Positions 9,682 through 20,717 are shown, counted from the first letter of the stretch. The stretch is DNA of 54,802 nt from Clostridiales bacterium (GCA_017513085.1 JAFWDK010000020.1:1-54802); one strand, 5' to 3'. Made by a program: numbers and translations. The notes: generated from the sequence alone by a model not told the origin.

Positions 9682-10221
9682 ATGAAGATCACGACACAGG
9701 GAAACGGTATCAAGATTGGCAAGCGCTTGGAAGAGAAAATTGCAAGTAAACTCGCAAAATTCGACAAGTATTTCGGACAGGAGGGTTCTTTTAACATCAA
9801 GATCCACCCGGAGAGAGAACTGAAAAAGGTGGAGATCACATTAAAACTTCAAAATCATATTTTCCGGGCAGAGGCTCGCGACGAAGATATTTTGAATGCA
9901 GTAGACAGAACAGTGGATAAGCTGGAGTCCCAGATCAGAAAGCAGAAGACAAGAATCCAGCGTCAGAAGAAGGATTATACGATCATTAACGATTACCTCA
10001 ACGATATCGTAGAGGAAGATTACGAAGAAGAAGACAACGAACCGACGATCATTAAGCGTAAATCGTTTGAACTGGTTCCGATGGAATCGGAAGAAGCAAT
10101 TTTGCAGATGGAGATGCTTGGACACAGCTTCCTGGTTTATCTGGATGCGCAATCCGGGAACGTCTGTGTGGTGTATAAGCGCAAAGACGGTCAATATGGT
10201 CTAATAGAGCCTACCTATTAA
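9682..10221 (+). CDS. hpf: Ribosome hibernation promoting factor (long HPF/RaiA)
   Basis: KLAKFDKYF, AVDRTVDKLESQIRKQK, PMESEEAILQMEMLGHSF, VYKRKDGQYGLIE. Confidence 0.93.
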   Translation: MKITTQGNGIKIGKRLEEKIASKLAKFDKYFGQEGSFNIKIHPERELKKVEITLKLQNHIFRAEARDEDILNAVDRTVDKLESQIRKQKTRIQRQKKDYTIINDYLNDIVEEDYEEEDNEPTIIKRKSFELVPMESEEAILQMEMLGHSFLVYLDAQSGNVCVVYKRKDGQYGLIEPTY

Positions 10222-10279
10222 TCCTTCCAAGCGAAATTCCTTGTTCAAACTTTAAGCCGTCTTGGCGCAAGCAATTCGC

Positions 10280-10313
10280 GGGAGCTGCCTCATCGAGGCG
10301 GCTCCCATTTTTT
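10280..10313 (+). terminator. Intrinsic terminator after hpf
   Basis: GGGAGCTGCCTC-ATC-GAGGCGGCTCCC followed by ATTTTTT. Confidence 0.8.
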
Positions 10314-10333
10314 GTCTTTCATTATAGATCAAA

Positions 10334-10798
10334 TCATTTGTGGATCTGTTCGTTCGCAAAAAGCACCGGATGGCGTTTGTTGTAGCAGACGATGGTGGCT
10401 TGGGAACCCTCGTGAAGCAGGTCGAGCGTGTGGTTGCTCACGATCGGCATGGCCTCCAAGACTTCGCCGGATTCGGAACGGAAAGTTACGGCGTTATAGT
10501 AAAGACCCGATTCTTCGTTCGGGGTGACCTCACGCTTGTTGGTTACGATCCCGGAACAGACTTTGCACTTCCAGGCAGGCATATCCGAGATGGCTGTGTA
10601 GATCAGCACTCCCAATGAGAGAATCAGCCCGAAGACCGTGAGAGATTTCTTGGGAACCGGCAAAACGAGGACGACGACGATCAGCACCAGCGCGCAGATC
10701 AGCATGATGCAGCTGCGCCGATTCATAAGAAGAAATATTTTTTTCTTCTCGTCTTTGGTAGCGTCGCGGAATGTAAGACCGCTTACGTCGATATCCAT
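10334..10798 (-). CDS. Hypothetical two-TM membrane protein
   Basis: Real 3' part of the 618-aa ORF; GGAGG RBS before ATG 10798 (MDIDVSG); two TM helices. Confidence 0.7.
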   Translation of the reverse strand: MDIDVSGLTFRDATKDEKKKIFLLMNRRSCIMLICALVLIVVVLVLPVPKKSLTVFGLILSLGVLIYTAISDMPAWKCKVCSGIVTNKREVTPNEESGLYYNAVTFRSESGEVLEAMPIVSNHTLDLLHEGSQATIVCYNKRHPVLFANEQIHK

Positions 10799-10942
10799 GC
10801 TGCATCCTCCGGTGAAATTTCTTCTGTCATGATAGCATACGAGCAATTCATTGACAACGCGGGCGGAAATCATGCGATAATAGAAGCGTTGAAGCATTGA
10901 AGTATTGAAGCATAAAGCAGAAAAACGGATGGACAGAATGGA

Positions 10943-12472
10943 ATGAAAGATGCAACACCGGTGAATAGAAAGAATCAAAATGTAACCGTAAAAGGAAGAA
11001 ACCCGATCCTGGGAATGGATTTCCCGGATCCCGACGTCATCTACGCGGACGGGTGTTTCTACATGATCAGCACCACAATGCATTTCTTTCCGGGCGGCCA
11101 GATCCTGAGAAGTTACGATCTGGTGCACTGGGAGCACGCTGCCTATGTTTTTGACAGCATTGACGGAACCCCCGCTCAGAAACTCACGGGCGAGGAAAAC
11201 ATATACGGCAAAGGAATGTGGGCCGGCTGCATAAGATACCATAACGGTGAGTTCTTCGTCGCTTTTTCCTGCAACGATACGCAAAAGACATATCTCTACC
11301 GCGCGGATTCTATCGAAGGACCATGGCGCAAAAACATCGTGGAAGGGTATTTCTACTATGACCTTTCGATGCTTTTTGATGAGGATCGTGTATACATGAT
11401 CCACGGACACAAAGAGGTGTTCATCACGGAGCTGAACAGCGAATTGACCGGGCCGAAAGAGGGCGGCCTGCACCGTCTTCTGATCAGCGATAAAGATAAC
11501 CCGATCCTCGGCTACGAAGGATCGCATATGTATAAGATCAATGGGGAATACTGGCTGTTCTCGATCCATTCGCTGGCTTCTCACTGGAAACGGGTCGAAG
11601 CGGCGTTCCATGCCGGATCCCTTGAAGATGATTTCAAGGGTGGCGATGTGCTGAACTTCTCGCTTCCCGACCGGCCGGACGGGTTCGCTCAAGGTGGCGT
11701 GGTCGAAGGGCCGGAAGGGGTCTGGCACGCGGTGCTGTTTAGAGATAACGGAGCGGTCGGAAGGATCCCTGTCGTGACCGGGGTCTCCTGGATCACAGGA
11801 GATAAAGGTGTGGAACTTATCGCATCCGAAGAGTTTGAGACGACTGACTTGAAGCCCGGTTACGAATATGCGCCGCTTTACGGAAGCGATGATTTTTCTT
11901 CTGCTACACGACGCGATTTCTGGCAGTTCAATCACGAACCGGTTCCGGAGAATGTGTGCTTCGGAAATGGTGAGCTGGCGATTACGACGGATAAAGTGTG
12001 CGACCGGATCACTTCCGCGCATAACACGTTGACGCAGCGGATGAAACTTCCCGAATGCGCGGCGGAAGTAACGATCGACGGAACGGACATGAAAAACGGA
12101 GATGTCGCCGGCCTGGCGGCTTTTCAGGGTGATTACGGCTATGTGGGGATCATGCGCGAGGAGGATCGGTTTTTTGCCGTGTTCGGACAAAAACCGGAAG
12201 ACGGAGCCGATGAGATCTGTGAACGCGTGAAATTGGATGCAACCGAAGATTTCGTGCCGCCGAAACTACGTGTCAGGCTCGAAGCAAGATTCGGCGAAAA
12301 AGATGAAGCGGAGTGTTTCTTCCTTGCCGGTAAGAAGTGGAGAAAGATCGGACCTGTTCATCCGCTTTCTTTCCGTCTGGACCACTTCACGGGATGCCGG
12401 TTCGGATTATTTTACTCCGCAAGCCTGGAATGCGGAGGGACGGCTCGCTTCAGTGCTTTTGTCTACGAATAA
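10943..12472 (+). CDS. Glycoside hydrolase family 43 (beta-xylosidase/arabinofuranosidase) with C-terminal GH43_C2 domain
   Basis: NPILGMDFPDPDVI, SYDLVHWE, GMWAG, YEGSHMYKING, WQFNH, HFTGCRFGLF. Confidence 0.9.
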   Translation: MKDATPVNRKNQNVTVKGRNPILGMDFPDPDVIYADGCFYMISTTMHFFPGGQILRSYDLVHWEHAAYVFDSIDGTPAQKLTGEENIYGKGMWAGCIRYHNGEFFVAFSCNDTQKTYLYRADSIEGPWRKNIVEGYFYYDLSMLFDEDRVYMIHGHKEVFITELNSELTGPKEGGLHRLLISDKDNPILGYEGSHMYKINGEYWLFSIHSLASHWKRVEAAFHAGSLEDDFKGGDVLNFSLPDRPDGFAQGGVVEGPEGVWHAVLFRDNGAVGRIPVVTGVSWITGDKGVELIASEEFETTDLKPGYEYAPLYGSDDFSSATRRDFWQFNHEPVPENVCFGNGELAITTDKVCDRITSAHNTLTQRMKLPECAAEVTIDGTDMKNGDVAGLAAFQGDYGYVGIMREEDRFFAVFGQKPEDGADEICERVKLDATEDFVPPKLRVRLEARFGEKDEAECFFLAGKKWRKIGPVHPLSFRLDHFTGCRFGLFYSASLECGGTARFSAFVYE

Positions 12473-12565
12473 ATGACGTTTTTGTGTCTAATTTGTCACC
12501 TTGGTTCGAGGGGCAATATGCTAGCATAAAGGCATGAATTTTTTGTTAGAAGGTGAAGGAGTATT

Positions 12566-14779
12566 ATGATGAAGAAGAAGGTATTTAGGACCGGATTGCT
12601 CGCTGCAGTTTCGGTCCTTGCTTTGAGTGTCCCTTTTTCCGGCGTGCTGGCGGATGAAGAGGACGTGGCGATCGATGAGACCAATTTTCCGGACGCGCTG
12701 TTTCGAAGCTATGTACAAAATGAGGTCGACACGAGCGGAGATGGCAAGCTCTCGAAAGTGGAACGGGAGAGTGTAAAGGAGATACCATTCGATGATTTGG
12801 ATGTTACTTCACTTGAAGGTGTGAAGTTCTTCCCGAATCTTGAGATCCTTACCGTTAACGGTGGTCGTCTGATGAGTCTTGACGTTTCGCAGAATCCGAA
12901 GATCAGGGAATTGTACTGCATGGCGAATCACCTTACGAGTTTGAATGTTTCAAACAATGCGGAACTTGAGATGCTGGTCTGCTCGGAAAATGAACTGAGA
13001 CAGCTTGATCTGTCTTCCAATACGAAGCTTGTGTCTCTTGCCTGCAATAACAACGAGATTTCAGAATTGGATCTAAGTCACAATCTTGCTCTGGAGGAGA
13101 TGGATTGTTCTTCGAACAAGATGAAGACGCTGACTCTTCCTCAAAATCCTAAGATGAAGAATTTGCTGCTGATGAGCAATAAGCTTGAGAAGATCGATGT
13201 TTCCGGTTTTCCGGAATTGCAGAATCTTGCGGTATCCGACAACCCGGTGCAGTCCCTGGATGTTTCGAAGAACCCGAAACTTGAGATGCTTCTGGTGGAT
13301 CAGACTAAGTTGTCTTCTTTAGATGTTACAAACTGCACCGGACTGAAAACACTGGCTTGCAACGCGTCTGAGATCGATAAGCTGGATCTTTCCCGAAACA
13401 AGGATCTCGAAGCACTTCGTTGCGATGAGACCAAGCTGACTTCTCTGGATCTAAAAGCACTGAAGAATCTAAGTCTGCTTACTTGCGCAGATGCTGAGCT
13501 TAAAGAACTGGATGTCAGCAAAAACGCGGAACTTGCCGCTATGGATTGTTCCGGAAACCATTTGGTTTCCCTGGACGTCAGTAAGAATGCGAAACTTGCT
13601 GAATTGTTCTGCTCGGGAAATCAGCTGACGTCATTGAATCTTGGCACAACGAATATGTTGACTTACCTGCACTGTGAGAAGAACAAGCTTTCTGCTCTGG
13701 ATCTCAGCGGGCAGGTGAATATTATTGAGTTAGCCTGCTCTGAGAATCAGCTTAGTGAACTGAATCTTGAAGGATTGTCCGATCTTGACGTCCTGGTTTG
13801 CGAGGAGAATAAATTCGAGAAGCTGGATATCTCCTACAGCTATGCGCTTGTTGATCTGGTCAATAACGTACCGCCGGAAAAGAAAGGCGATATCGTGGAA
13901 TACAGAAAAGAAGAGGGCGATGACCTTTGGCTTCTGAGCGTGAACAGTAATGTGGAACTGATCAAGGAAGGCACGCCGGGGGATCCTGGTGATCCGGGTG
14001 ATCCAGGCGATCCGGGCGATCCGGGTGAGCAACATACGTTTGTTGAGTTTGTTGAAAGACTCTATGTGATTGCTTTAAACCGTGAATCGGAGGAGAGCGG
14101 TAAAGAGTATTGGATGAACGAGATCAAGAGCGGCAGAAAGAATGGTGCGGACTGTGCACGCTTCTTCCTGACCGGTGAGGAGTTCCAAAACAGAAAACTG
14201 TCCGATGAACAGCTTGTCGATGTTCTTTACGCGACTTTCTTTGACCGTGAAGGCGAAGAAGACGGTAAGAAATTCTGGCTGGATCGCCTGAAGAATGGCG
14301 CAAGCCATAACGAGGTGATCAACGGATTTATTGATTCCACCGAGTGGTGCAATGTTTGCGCGATGTATGCGGTAAAGTCCGGTGCACCGACGGCCAAGGC
14401 GACAGTGCCTTCTGACCCTACGGTCAATTTCGTACTGGGATTCTACCTCAACTGCCTGGACCGTATGCCGGATCAGGACGGCTGGGACTACTGGAGTCTT
14501 GCTTTGACGAATCTGGAGCGTACCGGCTCCCAGATCGCAGACGAGTTCTTCAACTCTCCGGAGTTTAAAAACATGAATCTGAGTGATGCGCAGTTTATCC
14601 TCCGTGCTTATAAGACTCTTTTGAGCCGTGAAGCCGATGTTGAAGGTGGCAATTACTGGCTCGACAGAATGAAGGCCGGCATGACCAGACAGCAGGTCCT
14701 GGCTGCATTCTCCCAGAGCCCTGAGTTTACGGCACTCTGCAATTCTTACGGCATCGAACGAGGCGCGATCGAAGCTTAA
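12566..14779 (+). CDS. Secreted leucine-rich-repeat surface protein with PGD linker and C-terminal DUF4214 domains
   Basis: Signal peptide, IDETNFPD cap, many LxCxxNxLxxLD repeats, (GDP)n linker, FVERLY...LNRE..GKEYW repeats. Confidence 0.85.
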   Translation: MMKKKVFRTGLLAAVSVLALSVPFSGVLADEEDVAIDETNFPDALFRSYVQNEVDTSGDGKLSKVERESVKEIPFDDLDVTSLEGVKFFPNLEILTVNGGRLMSLDVSQNPKIRELYCMANHLTSLNVSNNAELEMLVCSENELRQLDLSSNTKLVSLACNNNEISELDLSHNLALEEMDCSSNKMKTLTLPQNPKMKNLLLMSNKLEKIDVSGFPELQNLAVSDNPVQSLDVSKNPKLEMLLVDQTKLSSLDVTNCTGLKTLACNASEIDKLDLSRNKDLEALRCDETKLTSLDLKALKNLSLLTCADAELKELDVSKNAELAAMDCSGNHLVSLDVSKNAKLAELFCSGNQLTSLNLGTTNMLTYLHCEKNKLSALDLSGQVNIIELACSENQLSELNLEGLSDLDVLVCEENKFEKLDISYSYALVDLVNNVPPEKKGDIVEYRKEEGDDLWLLSVNSNVELIKEGTPGDPGDPGDPGDPGDPGEQHTFVEFVERLYVIALNRESEESGKEYWMNEIKSGRKNGADCARFFLTGEEFQNRKLSDEQLVDVLYATFFDREGEEDGKKFWLDRLKNGASHNEVINGFIDSTEWCNVCAMYAVKSGAPTAKATVPSDPTVNFVLGFYLNCLDRMPDQDGWDYWSLALTNLERTGSQIADEFFNSPEFKNMNLSDAQFILRAYKTLLSREADVEGGNYWLDRMKAGMTRQQVLAAFSQSPEFTALCNSYGIERGAIEA

Positions 14780-15011
14780 AACGAAAAACGGATAACCGTT
14801 GAAAAGACGGGCGAGGTCCAAGGAAATGAGGACCCCGCCTGATTTTTTTGTGCCGGACATTCGCCATGCGACATGACCTGAGAACTGACCTGGTCTCCGG
14901 CCGGAGGCGGCAGAAGTACCCGCACAAAAGGGCGCGTAAGGGAGGCGTACCGCTTTCTGCATTTTTGGTGTACACTTATACGATAGAAGAACGGATGACG
15001 GAGTTGCTATT

Positions 15012-15629
15012 TTGAACGCTAAGAGACTGATCGTATTTACTGTTTTTACACTGATCCTGATTGCTTTTTTCGTATGGATCATCGGGGTCTTTATTAACGA
15101 TGCCTCCAGGAAGCGCCGCTTGTGGCGGGAAAAAGCGCAGGATGTGACGGCTGCTGTCGAATATGTGAACTCCAGACAGTACGATATCATGGTCTACGGC
15201 GAGAATTTCGACGGCCCGAAGGACCTGATCACCCGCAAGATCCACAATTTAGAGCAGGATTCACTCGTCGGTCCGGATCCGGATTTCGTGCATTACGGAC
15301 ACGTCCTGATCATCAACGACATAACCGGCGCAGCGCCTATGACCGAAGAGATGTGGGGCAAGGTACATGACCTTCTTACTCTCGATGATTATATCGTTAT
15401 CTATTTCGGCTCGGCGAAACTGCCGCAGATGCAGGAGGCAGGATTCTTCTTCGATGTGTATTCCGATACCACCCGAAGCATCATCCTCTGGAACCGCGGA
15501 GCAAGCTACGATCTGGGCTTTGCCGACAATCCGTCGATCCTGCCGGATGTGGTGCTTCAGTCCCTGACTCCAGGCCGCATACCTTCCTTTGTCATGGTCA
15601 TGAAAATGGTCGAGAAGCACTACTTCTAG
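15012..15629 (+). CDS. Hypothetical membrane-anchored protein
   Basis: TTG start after GGAG; N-terminal TM followed by a soluble domain. Confidence 0.7.
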   Translation: MNAKRLIVFTVFTLILIAFFVWIIGVFINDASRKRRLWREKAQDVTAAVEYVNSRQYDIMVYGENFDGPKDLITRKIHNLEQDSLVGPDPDFVHYGHVLIINDITGAAPMTEEMWGKVHDLLTLDDYIVIYFGSAKLPQMQEAGFFFDVYSDTTRSIILWNRGASYDLGFADNPSILPDVVLQSLTPGRIPSFVMVMKMVEKHYF

Positions 15630-15728
15630 CGGCCTGAGACTAGGTAGTCTCTGAAGGACCGAAGAAGAAAAAAGAGACGGGGACCTCCCCCGGGACAAGT
15701 GCTTTTGGAAAAGGATATGAGGTGAAAA

Positions 15729-16829
15729 ATGAATCACGAACAAGAGAGAATGCAACAGGTCACAAACCGATATGACGAGGTGCTTGCTGCAATGGCAGAT
15801 CCGGCGGTGGTTTCGGACCAGGCGAGATATTTGAAGATGACACGGGAGCTTGCGGATCTTGAACCGATCGTGCATGCGATCCATGAAAAAGAGCGTGTCT
15901 CACAGGAACTTGCGGATGCGCGGGAGCTTCACACTGCGGCGGAGGATGAGGAGATGCGCCAGATGGCGGCGGAGGAAGTGTCTGCGCTGGAGGCGGAGCT
16001 GGCCGGGATCGAGGAGCAGCTCGAGGATCTTCTGGCTGTCAAAGATCCGAAAGACGACAGGTCGGTCATCATGGAGATCCGGGCAGGCGCAGGCGGCGAA
16101 GAAGCAGCGCTTTTTGTGGCGGATCTTTTCAAGATGTATTCGGCGTATGCGGCCACCAAGGGCTGGAAGATCGAGTATATCGAGAGTAACGATACGGAGC
16201 TTGGCGGCTACCAGAAGCTGGTGTTTTCCATCGAGGGCCGAGGGGCGTACAGTTGTTTTAAATACGAGAGCGGTGTGCACCGTGTGCAGCGTGTGCCGGC
16301 GACGGAATCGGGCGGGCGTGTCCATACTTCGACGGTGACGGTGGCGGTGCTGCCGGAGGTCGATGAGGTCGAGGTCAATATCAACCCGAATGACTTGAAG
16401 ATCGATACTTTCCGTGCTTCGGGCGCGGGCGGTCAGCATATCAACCGTACGGACTCGGCGATCCGTATCACGCATCTTCCGACCGGACTGGTGGTGACGT
16501 GTCAGGATGAGCGGTCGCAGCATAAGAACCGTGCGAAGGCGATGGCGGTACTGCAGAGCCGGCTTCTTGAGATGGAGGAGCAGAAGCAGAGCGGCGCGAT
16601 CGCGGCGGAGCGGCGCTCGCAGGTCGGAACGGGAGACCGTTCGGAGAAGATCCGTACCTATAACTATCACCAGGGCCGTGTGACCGATCACCGTATCGGG
16701 TTGACCTTGTACCGGCTTGAGGAGATCCTTGGCGGTGATCTTGAAGAAATCGTGCGGCAGTTGACATTGGCCGATCGCGCGAATAAACTCGGCGGTGGAA
16801 CATCCGGTGCCGACGATGAGGACGAGTAA
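15729..16829 (+). CDS. prfA: Peptide chain release factor 1
   Basis: GGQ motif, PAT tripeptide (VPATES), [14 protein letters not shown]. Confidence 0.97.
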   Translation: MNHEQERMQQVTNRYDEVLAAMADPAVVSDQARYLKMTRELADLEPIVHAIHEKERVSQELADARELHTAAEDEEMRQMAAEEVSALEAELAGIEEQLEDLLAVKDPKDDRSVIMEIRAGAGGEEAALFVADLFKMYSAYAATKGWKIEYIESNDTELGGYQKLVFSIEGRGAYSCFKYESGVHRVQRVPATESGGRVHTSTVTVAVLPEVDEVEVNINPNDLKIDTFRASGAGGQHINRTDSAIRITHLPTGLVVTCQDERSQHKNRAKAMAVLQSRLLEMEEQKQSGAIAAERRSQVGTGDRSEKIRTYNYHQGRVTDHRIGLTLYRLEEILGGDLEEIVRQLTLADRANKLGGGTSGADDEDE

Positions 16830-16954
16830 GTGCGTGCGGAAAAGAGCGCGTGAGGACGTGCGGCCGGATCATCGGGCGGCATGACTGAAATGTTGAAAAA
16901 TCAGCCTTTGTAACAGTGTTACTTGGCCGAATATATAGATTAGAGGCGAGAAAA

Positions 16955-18598
16955 ATGTTTGAAAATGCTCTTAGAGCGGGTGAAACAAGATTTGAGACGA
17001 AGCTGGTGGGTATCGAGGATCAAGCCGGCTTTGCTGCGGCGGCGCGTGCCCTGGCGGAAGGTGAAGTCGTAGGCATGCCGACGGAGACCGTGTATGGTCT
17101 CGGTTGCGATGCGAGAAATCCGGAGGCGGTGGCGAAAGTCTACGAGGCAAAAGGCCGTCCTTCCGATAATCCGCTGATCGTGCATGTGGCTAGTAAAGAA
17201 TCGATCCCGGAACTGGTTTCCGAGATCACACCGGTTGCCCGGGTACTGATGGATGCTTTTATGCCGGGTCCGATCACCGTGATCATGAAAAAATCCGACG
17301 TCATTCCTGCATGTGTGAGCGCCGGGCTTGATACAGTCGGGATCCGTTTCCCGATCCATCCTGTGGCACAGGCCCTGATCGCAGCATCGGGCGTGCCGGT
17401 CGCCGCACCTTCGGCGAATCTTTCCGGGAGCCCGTCGCCGACTAAAGCCGAGCATGTCATGAAGGATATGAATGGGCGTATCCCGTACGTCGTGGAAGGC
17501 GGGGAATGCCAGGTCGGCCTTGAATCGACCGTAGTCGATGCGACCGGAAACTGGCCGCAGATTCTCCGCCCCGGCGCAATTACGATGGAACAGATGGAGC
17601 AGGCACTTGCCGCGGCGGGCATCAGTAAGCCGGAGACGGTCGTGGCGCTTGAGAACAAAGCTGGCGAGGCCCCGCGTGCGCCGGGCATGAAGTACCGTCA
17701 CTATGCGCCTTCTTGCGAGGTGCACATCCTTGGTCAGGGCGATTTCGACCAGTATGAGGAATACTATAAAGAAGCGGTTGAACGAGAGATCATCGACAGC
17801 AGGACTCCGGTCGGCCTCTTCGTATCCGACACGATCGCAGCTGAGATCCAAGTGCTTTTTGAGGATCAAAAAGACAAGATCCTGTTTTATACTTACGGAC
17901 AGACCGATGACGTAGAGGCCGCGTCGCAGCACTTGTTCGACGGCCTTCGGGTCCTGGACGGGCAGGGCGCGGGCATCATTTTCGCTCCGGCGTTCCCGAA
18001 AGAAGGCTTGGGCGTGGCGTACATGAACCGTCTGGAAAAAGCGGCGGCCGAGAAGGTCAGCAAGGCGGAGGCGCCGAAGAACGAGCGGAAAGTGCTTTTT
18101 GTGTGTTCGGGAAATACGTGCCGGAGTCCGTTGGCGGAAGCGATCATGCGGCATCTTTGGAAAGCGACGGAGCCGCATGTGATGCTGGGGCAGCCGGGTG
18201 TTCAGGCGTCTCTGGAGGTTTCTTCGGCGGGCGTGGCGACTTCGGACGGGTGCTTCTATACGCGTTATTCCGAGGAGATCGCGGAGTATGAGTACGATGA
18301 GGACATTACCGGTGAGCGTTCGACGATGCTGACCGAGGATATACTGAAAGAACAGGATCTGGTGATCTGTGTGACCAATGACCATTCGCATTTTCTGCGG
18401 GAGCGTTTCCCGGATCTGAGCGACAAGATCTTCTCGTTTGAGGAGCTCCTGGAGGATAACTATATCGATGGCATCGACGGGGAAGTGCTGGATCCGTATG
18501 GCCGTGAGTACGAGGTGTACCAGAAGACGGCTTGGCAGATCGAGCAGATCCTGCGTGCGGTGTTGCCGGAGATCCTGAAAAAGTGGGAAATGACGTGA
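16955..18598 (+). CDS. sua5: Sua5/TsaC2 threonylcarbamoyl-AMP synthase fused to a YwlE-like low-molecular-weight protein phosphatase
   Basis: PTETVYGLG, KGRPSDNPLIVH, APSAN.SG, PGMKYRHYAP; C-terminal VCSGNTCRSP P-loop and DPYG in the same ORF. Confidence 0.9.
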   Translation: MFENALRAGETRFETKLVGIEDQAGFAAAARALAEGEVVGMPTETVYGLGCDARNPEAVAKVYEAKGRPSDNPLIVHVASKESIPELVSEITPVARVLMDAFMPGPITVIMKKSDVIPACVSAGLDTVGIRFPIHPVAQALIAASGVPVAAPSANLSGSPSPTKAEHVMKDMNGRIPYVVEGGECQVGLESTVVDATGNWPQILRPGAITMEQMEQALAAAGISKPETVVALENKAGEAPRAPGMKYRHYAPSCEVHILGQGDFDQYEEYYKEAVEREIIDSRTPVGLFVSDTIAAEIQVLFEDQKDKILFYTYGQTDDVEAASQHLFDGLRVLDGQGAGIIFAPAFPKEGLGVAYMNRLEKAAAEKVSKAEAPKNERKVLFVCSGNTCRSPLAEAIMRHLWKATEPHVMLGQPGVQASLEVSSAGVATSDGCFYTRYSEEIAEYEYDEDITGERSTMLTEDILKEQDLVICVTNDHSHFLRERFPDLSDKIFSFEELLEDNYIDGIDGEVLDPYGREYEVYQKTAWQIEQILRAVLPEILKKWEMT

Positions 18599-18632
18599 TC
18601 GCGGGTGGCGGTGCCGGCTTGAAGGAGAAGAG

Positions 18633-19184
18633 ATGCTTTATATAATGCGACATGGAAAAACAGACTGGAATGAACGCCACAAAATACAGGGGCGGACAAA
18701 CATTCCGCTAAATGACGTCGGCCGGCAGATGGCGCGTGAAGCGGCGGAAGAATACCGCGACGTGCATTTCGATGTGTGCTACTGCTCGCCGCTGGTGCGT
18801 GCGCGCGAAACTGCCGAGATCCTGCTGGCCGGCCGTGATGTGCCGATCGTTTACGACGACCGCCTGGTGGAAATGTGTTTTGGCATATACGAAGGGATCG
18901 AAAACTCTTTCTCGATCCCGGACTGCCCGATCAACGAGTTTTTCTTTCATCCCGAAAACTACAACGTGCCTGTCGAAAACGGCGAAAGCATCGACGAACT
19001 GATGGCCCGGACGGGTGCTTTCTTAGAGGAAGTGGTCGAGCCGGATCTGAAAGCGGGAAAAGACGTGCTGATCGTCGGTCACGGCGCTATGAATTCCGCT
19101 ATCGTCTGTCAGGTGAAGAATCGCCCGCGTTCTGAGTTCTGGGCGGACGGGATCCCGAACTGCAAACTGATGACGTTGAAGTAA
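18633..19184 (+). CDS. Histidine phosphatase family protein
   Basis: RHGKTDWN, SPLVRARETA, IVGHG. Confidence 0.9.
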   Translation: MLYIMRHGKTDWNERHKIQGRTNIPLNDVGRQMAREAAEEYRDVHFDVCYCSPLVRARETAEILLAGRDVPIVYDDRLVEMCFGIYEGIENSFSIPDCPINEFFFHPENYNVPVENGESIDELMARTGAFLEEVVEPDLKAGKDVLIVGHGAMNSAIVCQVKNRPRSEFWADGIPNCKLMTLK

Positions 19185-19225
19185 ACGCGAGTGTGCGTGC
19201 GCGTGCGCAGACTTGGTAAGCCGGA

Positions 19226-19684
19226 TCAAAGACCCAGGATCTTCAGTGCATCGTTAACAGCGGTGGAATCAGAGCCGCTTGCCATGATAAGGACCTCATC
19301 TGCAAGAATCAAAACTGTGTAGGAAGTGCTCTCTTCAGCCACGATCTTGTTGTCGGAAATGGTCAGGTTGGTAATCTTTCCTTCTTCTTTCCCCACCTGC
19401 ATGGTGTTTTTCATGTCATCAAAACTCTTCTTCGCATCTGCTTTGCTCAGGTAAGTAAGATGAGAGATCATGAAGTACAATATGTTTTTATTGACGGCGA
19501 TCAGGAAGGAATTAACATTATCTGAAGGTGGTACCTCATCGCCATAAACATCGTATGACGCAGCCTCAAGCTTCGTCCGAAACTCCTCGGCAGAAATCTT
19601 TTTAGTCTTTTTCTTGCACGCAGCGATAGAAAGAACCATTGCGAAAACCATCAGCATGGCTACCAGTTTTTGTGCTGTCTTCAT
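19226..19684 (-). CDS. Lipoprotein of unknown function
   Basis: GGAGG RBS, MKTAQK...LSIAA-C lipobox. Confidence 0.75.
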   Translation of the reverse strand: MKTAQKLVAMLMVFAMVLSIAACKKKTKKISAEEFRTKLEAASYDVYGDEVPPSDNVNSFLIAVNKNILYFMISHLTYLSKADAKKSFDDMKNTMQVGKEEGKITNLTISDNKIVAEESTSYTVLILADEVLIMASGSDSTAVNDALKILGL

Positions 19685-19892
19685 ATGTGTGTCCTCCTTG
19701 CATGCTCTTAAAGATAAGTAGGTTATCATTCACTAGAATAATTTATATCTACAATTATATACTGTTGTTGTCAATAGGGTGTATAATGGACCCATCATTC
19801 ATATAGAAGCATTTTGATATTCCGATCAGATGATGTGATTAATGCTGTTGATGCCGATGCCATGTTGATCCTGCCGGCACGCCCGCTTCGGA

Positions 19893-20717
19893 ATGAAAAC
19901 CATCATCGAAAGGAATATTTTTATGCAAGACGTGATCCAACTCCTGAAAGAACGGCAAGCCCAACTCGAGAAAGTGCTTTTGCAGGCGGAACAAGACCTC
20001 GCGAAGCTGCCGGAGGGAAGGCTTAAGTTTTCCTTCAGCAACAAAAAACTGCAATATTACTATACTCGTTCAGGTGACGAGAAGAAGATGTATATTCCTT
20101 CTTCCAAACGAGATTTAGTGAATCAGCTTGCGCAACAGAACTATTTGAACGAGTTGATTCCTTTGGTAAAAAAAGAACTGCAGGATATCAGTAGTTTCAT
20201 GAAGAAGAATCATCTTGGGGCTGCGGAGCAAGTATTCCGTGAAAGTCACCCGCACCGTAAATCGTTGATTTCTCCGTACATGGTTGATAATGAAACATTT
20301 GCAGAGCTTTGGCTCGAGCATCCTTTTGATCCGAATCCGGCATTTCCCGAGGAACTGATCTATCCGACCCGCCGTGGAGAGCGCGTTCGGACCAAGGCCG
20401 AGGCCCTGATAGCGGATATGTATTATGATCTCGGAGTCCCATACAAGTACGAGTGTCCAGTCCGACTTTTAAATGGTAAGCAAAAGTATCCCGACTTTAC
20501 CCTACTCAACAAAGTGACCCGAAAAGTGTATTTTCATGAGCACCTCGGATTGCTCGACGATTCCGGCTACAGAAAGGACAATATGATCAAGCTTTCCCAA
20601 TACCGACAAATAGGGATCTATACCGGCAAAAACCTGATACTCACTCACGAAACAAAGGACAGTCCTCTGGATCTGGTCACTTTGCGGAAAAATACGATTG
20701 AACTGTTTCTGAAATAA
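19893..20717 (+). CDS. Uncharacterised protein: helical N-terminus plus C-terminal PD-(D/E)XK-like (Vsr/DUF559-type) nuclease domain
   Basis: GERVRTKAEALIAD...VPYKYE...YPDFT...FHEHLG motifs; alternative start at 19923. Confidence 0.65.
   Translation: MKTIIERNIFMQDVIQLLKERQAQLEKVLLQAEQDLAKLPEGRLKFSFSNKKLQYYYTRSGDEKKMYIPSSKRDLVNQLAQQNYLNELIPLVKKELQDISSFMKKNHLGAAEQVFRESHPHRKSLISPYMVDNETFAELWLEHPFDPNPAFPEELIYPTRRGERVRTKAEALIADMYYDLGVPYKYECPVRLLNGKQKYPDFTLLNKVTRKVYFHEHLGLLDDSGYRKDNMIKLSQYRQIGIYTGKNLILTHETKDSPLDLVTLRKNTIELFLK

Noticed and set aside
10799-12190. Upstream part of the 618-aa minus-strand ORF
   Set aside because: Antisense shadow of GH43; only 10334-10798 has an RBS and a plausible protein
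16940-18391. 483-aa antisense ORF and similar ones (24484-25542, 37772-38959, 42901-43929, 8604-9551, 14075-15190)
   Set aside because: They overlap well-supported genes on the opposite strand and are typical shadows of biased codon usage
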